A DNA stretch of 63,421 nucleotides, filler included. It is 4 parts of 4 records of this genome, joined end to end, with 100 filler letters (N's around TTAATTAATTAA, not from the genome) between each part and the next. Parts side by side here need not be neighbours in the genome. Positions count along the whole stretch, not along the records: positions 56,123 to 63,421 come from SRR31156797_23456; 3 more parts are not named here. The stretch is one strand, 5' to 3'. Every line of letters begins with the position of its first letter. Position 1 is the first letter of the stretch. Shown one piece after another: positions 62,206 through 63,421 of the stretch. Both the position numbers and the translations under genes were made by a program. The notes under the pieces are model-generated. The model made no database searches and was not told the origin of the DNA. It worked only from the letters and a program-made list of their open reading frames with translations.

Positions 62206-62259
62206 AGGCTACAATTGTAGCCTCAAGCGCAGTCTACACTTGTAGCCTCCGCTTGTCAA
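62206..62259 (-). promoter_or_regulatory. BlaI/CopY operators and promoter
   Basis: Perfect palindrome AGGCTACAATTGTAGCCT (62206-62223) and CTACACTTGTAG (62234-62245), both TACA-NN-TGTA; TTGACA (62254-62259)-17nt-TAGACT. Confidence 0.9.
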
Positions 62260-62336
62260 GGGGTATTTTGAATTATCATGAACGGGGACAACAGCGCAGA
62301 TTTCAGGTCATGCGGCGAATTATTCTTGATTGAGAC

Positions 62337-62410
62337 GGCGGGATGAAGACATCCCGCCCTACACGCATATAAAATCTGCTCATCGTAGGGGCGGATTCCA
62401 TATCCGCCCG
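62337..62410. repeat. Pair of oppositely oriented GTAG-type REP elements
   Basis: GGCGGGATG-AAGA-CATCCCGCC-CTAC and GTAG-GGGCGGAT-TCCAT-ATCCGCCC. Confidence 0.8.
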
Positions 62411-62450
62411 GAAATAATCTTCAGGTACCATTTTACCAAAGGCGCCTTAG

Positions 62451-62490
62451 CCTTCCCTTGGGGGAAGGTGGCGCATCGCGCCGAATGAGG
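62451..62490. repeat. CCTTCCC/GGGAAGG-TGGCGC..GCGCC-ATGAGG palindromic intergenic repeat
   Basis: Two adjacent hairpins in the layout of a common Clostridia intergenic repeat family. Confidence 0.55.
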
Positions 62491-62560
62491 ATTCTGAGTG
62501 CTGAATCGCACATACTTCCTGCACCAATCAGTTCCGCCGCCGTCTCCTCGGGCGAGCCGT

Positions 62561-63421
62561 TTATTGGAACATGACGGCCGGCAAGTTGACCTCGTGGACG
62601 CCGAGGCCGGGCATCTTAAGGTCGCCCATGAGACAGGCGTTGTAGATGGCGCTCTTGCCGAAACGCGCGCGGATATCCTCCACGGCGTCCTCCAGCTTTT
62701 CTCGCTTTTCCCGCTGGGCGGGATCGTCGTATAAAAGCAGCTGCACCGGCTGGGACCTCGGAATCAGATTAATGGCCCGGATCGTCACGGCCCGCACCGG
62801 CAGGTGCCAGTCGTACCGCGCGTTGAAGAGTGTGCGGGCCCTGTTCGCCAACTCCGTCGGGCTTTGCGACGGGACCTCCAGCTGTGCCTGGTACTGGTTC
62901 CAGGCCAGCTTGTTGTCCTTGACGGTGATCTCCACTCCGCGCGCCAGAAAATCGTTTTGCCGCAGTTTATGTCCCACGTCCTGCGCCAGCTGGAGCATCA
63001 CATGAAAGACCTCCGCTTCACTCACCAAGTCCTCCACGCAGGTGATCCCGTGCCCGATGGATTTAATCGGCGTCTCGTAACCCTGAGGCATGACCCGGGC
63101 CGTGTCGCTGCCGGAGGCAAATGTCCACAGCGTCACGCCGTTAACGCCTAAAATCCGTTTTAAAAATTCCGTATCGGCAGCCGCGATATCTCCAATCGTG
63201 TGCATGCCGTACACGGCAAGCTTGCGCTTGGTGGCGCGGCCGACATAAATCAGATCTGAGCATGGAAGCGGCCAAACCATCTCTTTGTAATTGGACGGAC
63301 TGATCACGGTGACGGCGTCCGGCTTTTTCATGTCGCTGCCGAGCTTGGCGAATATCTTGTTGAACGACACTCCAATGCTCACCGTCATCCCAAGCTCCGA
63401 CTTGATCGTTTTCCTAATTTT
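62561..63421 (-). CDS. dinB: DNA polymerase IV (Y-family), 5' truncated
   Basis: TVSIGVSFNKIFAKLGSD.KKP, KSIG...T little-finger domain, D.IR.RFG..AI. Confidence 0.93.
   Translation of the reverse strand, partial: KIRKTIKSELGMTVSIGVSFNKIFAKLGSDMKKPDAVTVISPSNYKEMVWPLPCSDLIYVGRATKRKLAVYGMHTIGDIAAADTEFLKRILGVNGVTLWTFASGSDTARVMPQGYETPIKSIGHGITCVEDLVSEAEVFHVMLQLAQDVGHKLRQNDFLARGVEITVKDNKLAWNQYQAQLEVPSQSPTELANRARTLFNARYDWHLPVRAVTIRAINLIPRSQPVQLLLYDDPAQREKREKLEDAVEDIRARFGKSAIYNACLMGDLKMPGLGVHEVNLPAVMFQ

Overview
The window is not one locus. It is four unrelated contigs joined by artificial 100-bp N/TTAATTAATTAA/N linkers (25431-25530, 31384-31483, 56023-56122). (1) 1-25430 is Bacteroidota (TAnnTTTG promoters, T9SS C-terminal domains, DUF2795/DUF3822, rimP-nusA-infB, partial tRNA-Val and tRNA-Cys at the ends). 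It carries an unexplained six-gene operon (1355-5563): a TIGR02594-type cell-wall hydrolase followed by five divergent hypothetical proteins that all share a T-x-h-x-I-D-[GS]-D...H module. This is the best candidate for an undescribed system. (2) 25531-31383 is probably Desulfobacterota: a type II secretion-like cluster with a lipidated secretin sits directly upstream of an S-layer-like gene and a WecE-like sugar aminotransferase. (3) 31484-56022 has Desulfobacterota-like housekeeping genes (mnmA, PPi-PFK, ispG, proS). These run directly into a phage whose DarB-, Ulx-, portal- and protease-like genes resemble phage P1. The phage also carries a signal-peptide-bearing fibre protein, a frameshifted outer-membrane beta-barrel and a lysis cassette. 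(4) 56123-63421 is Firmicutes (Clostridia-like): AarF/UbiB kinase, phasin-like gene, DUF1836, BlaI-BlaR1(M56) with TACA-NN-TGTA operators, REP-like palindromes and partial dinB. Family calls come from motif recognition and recalled sequences, not database searches.
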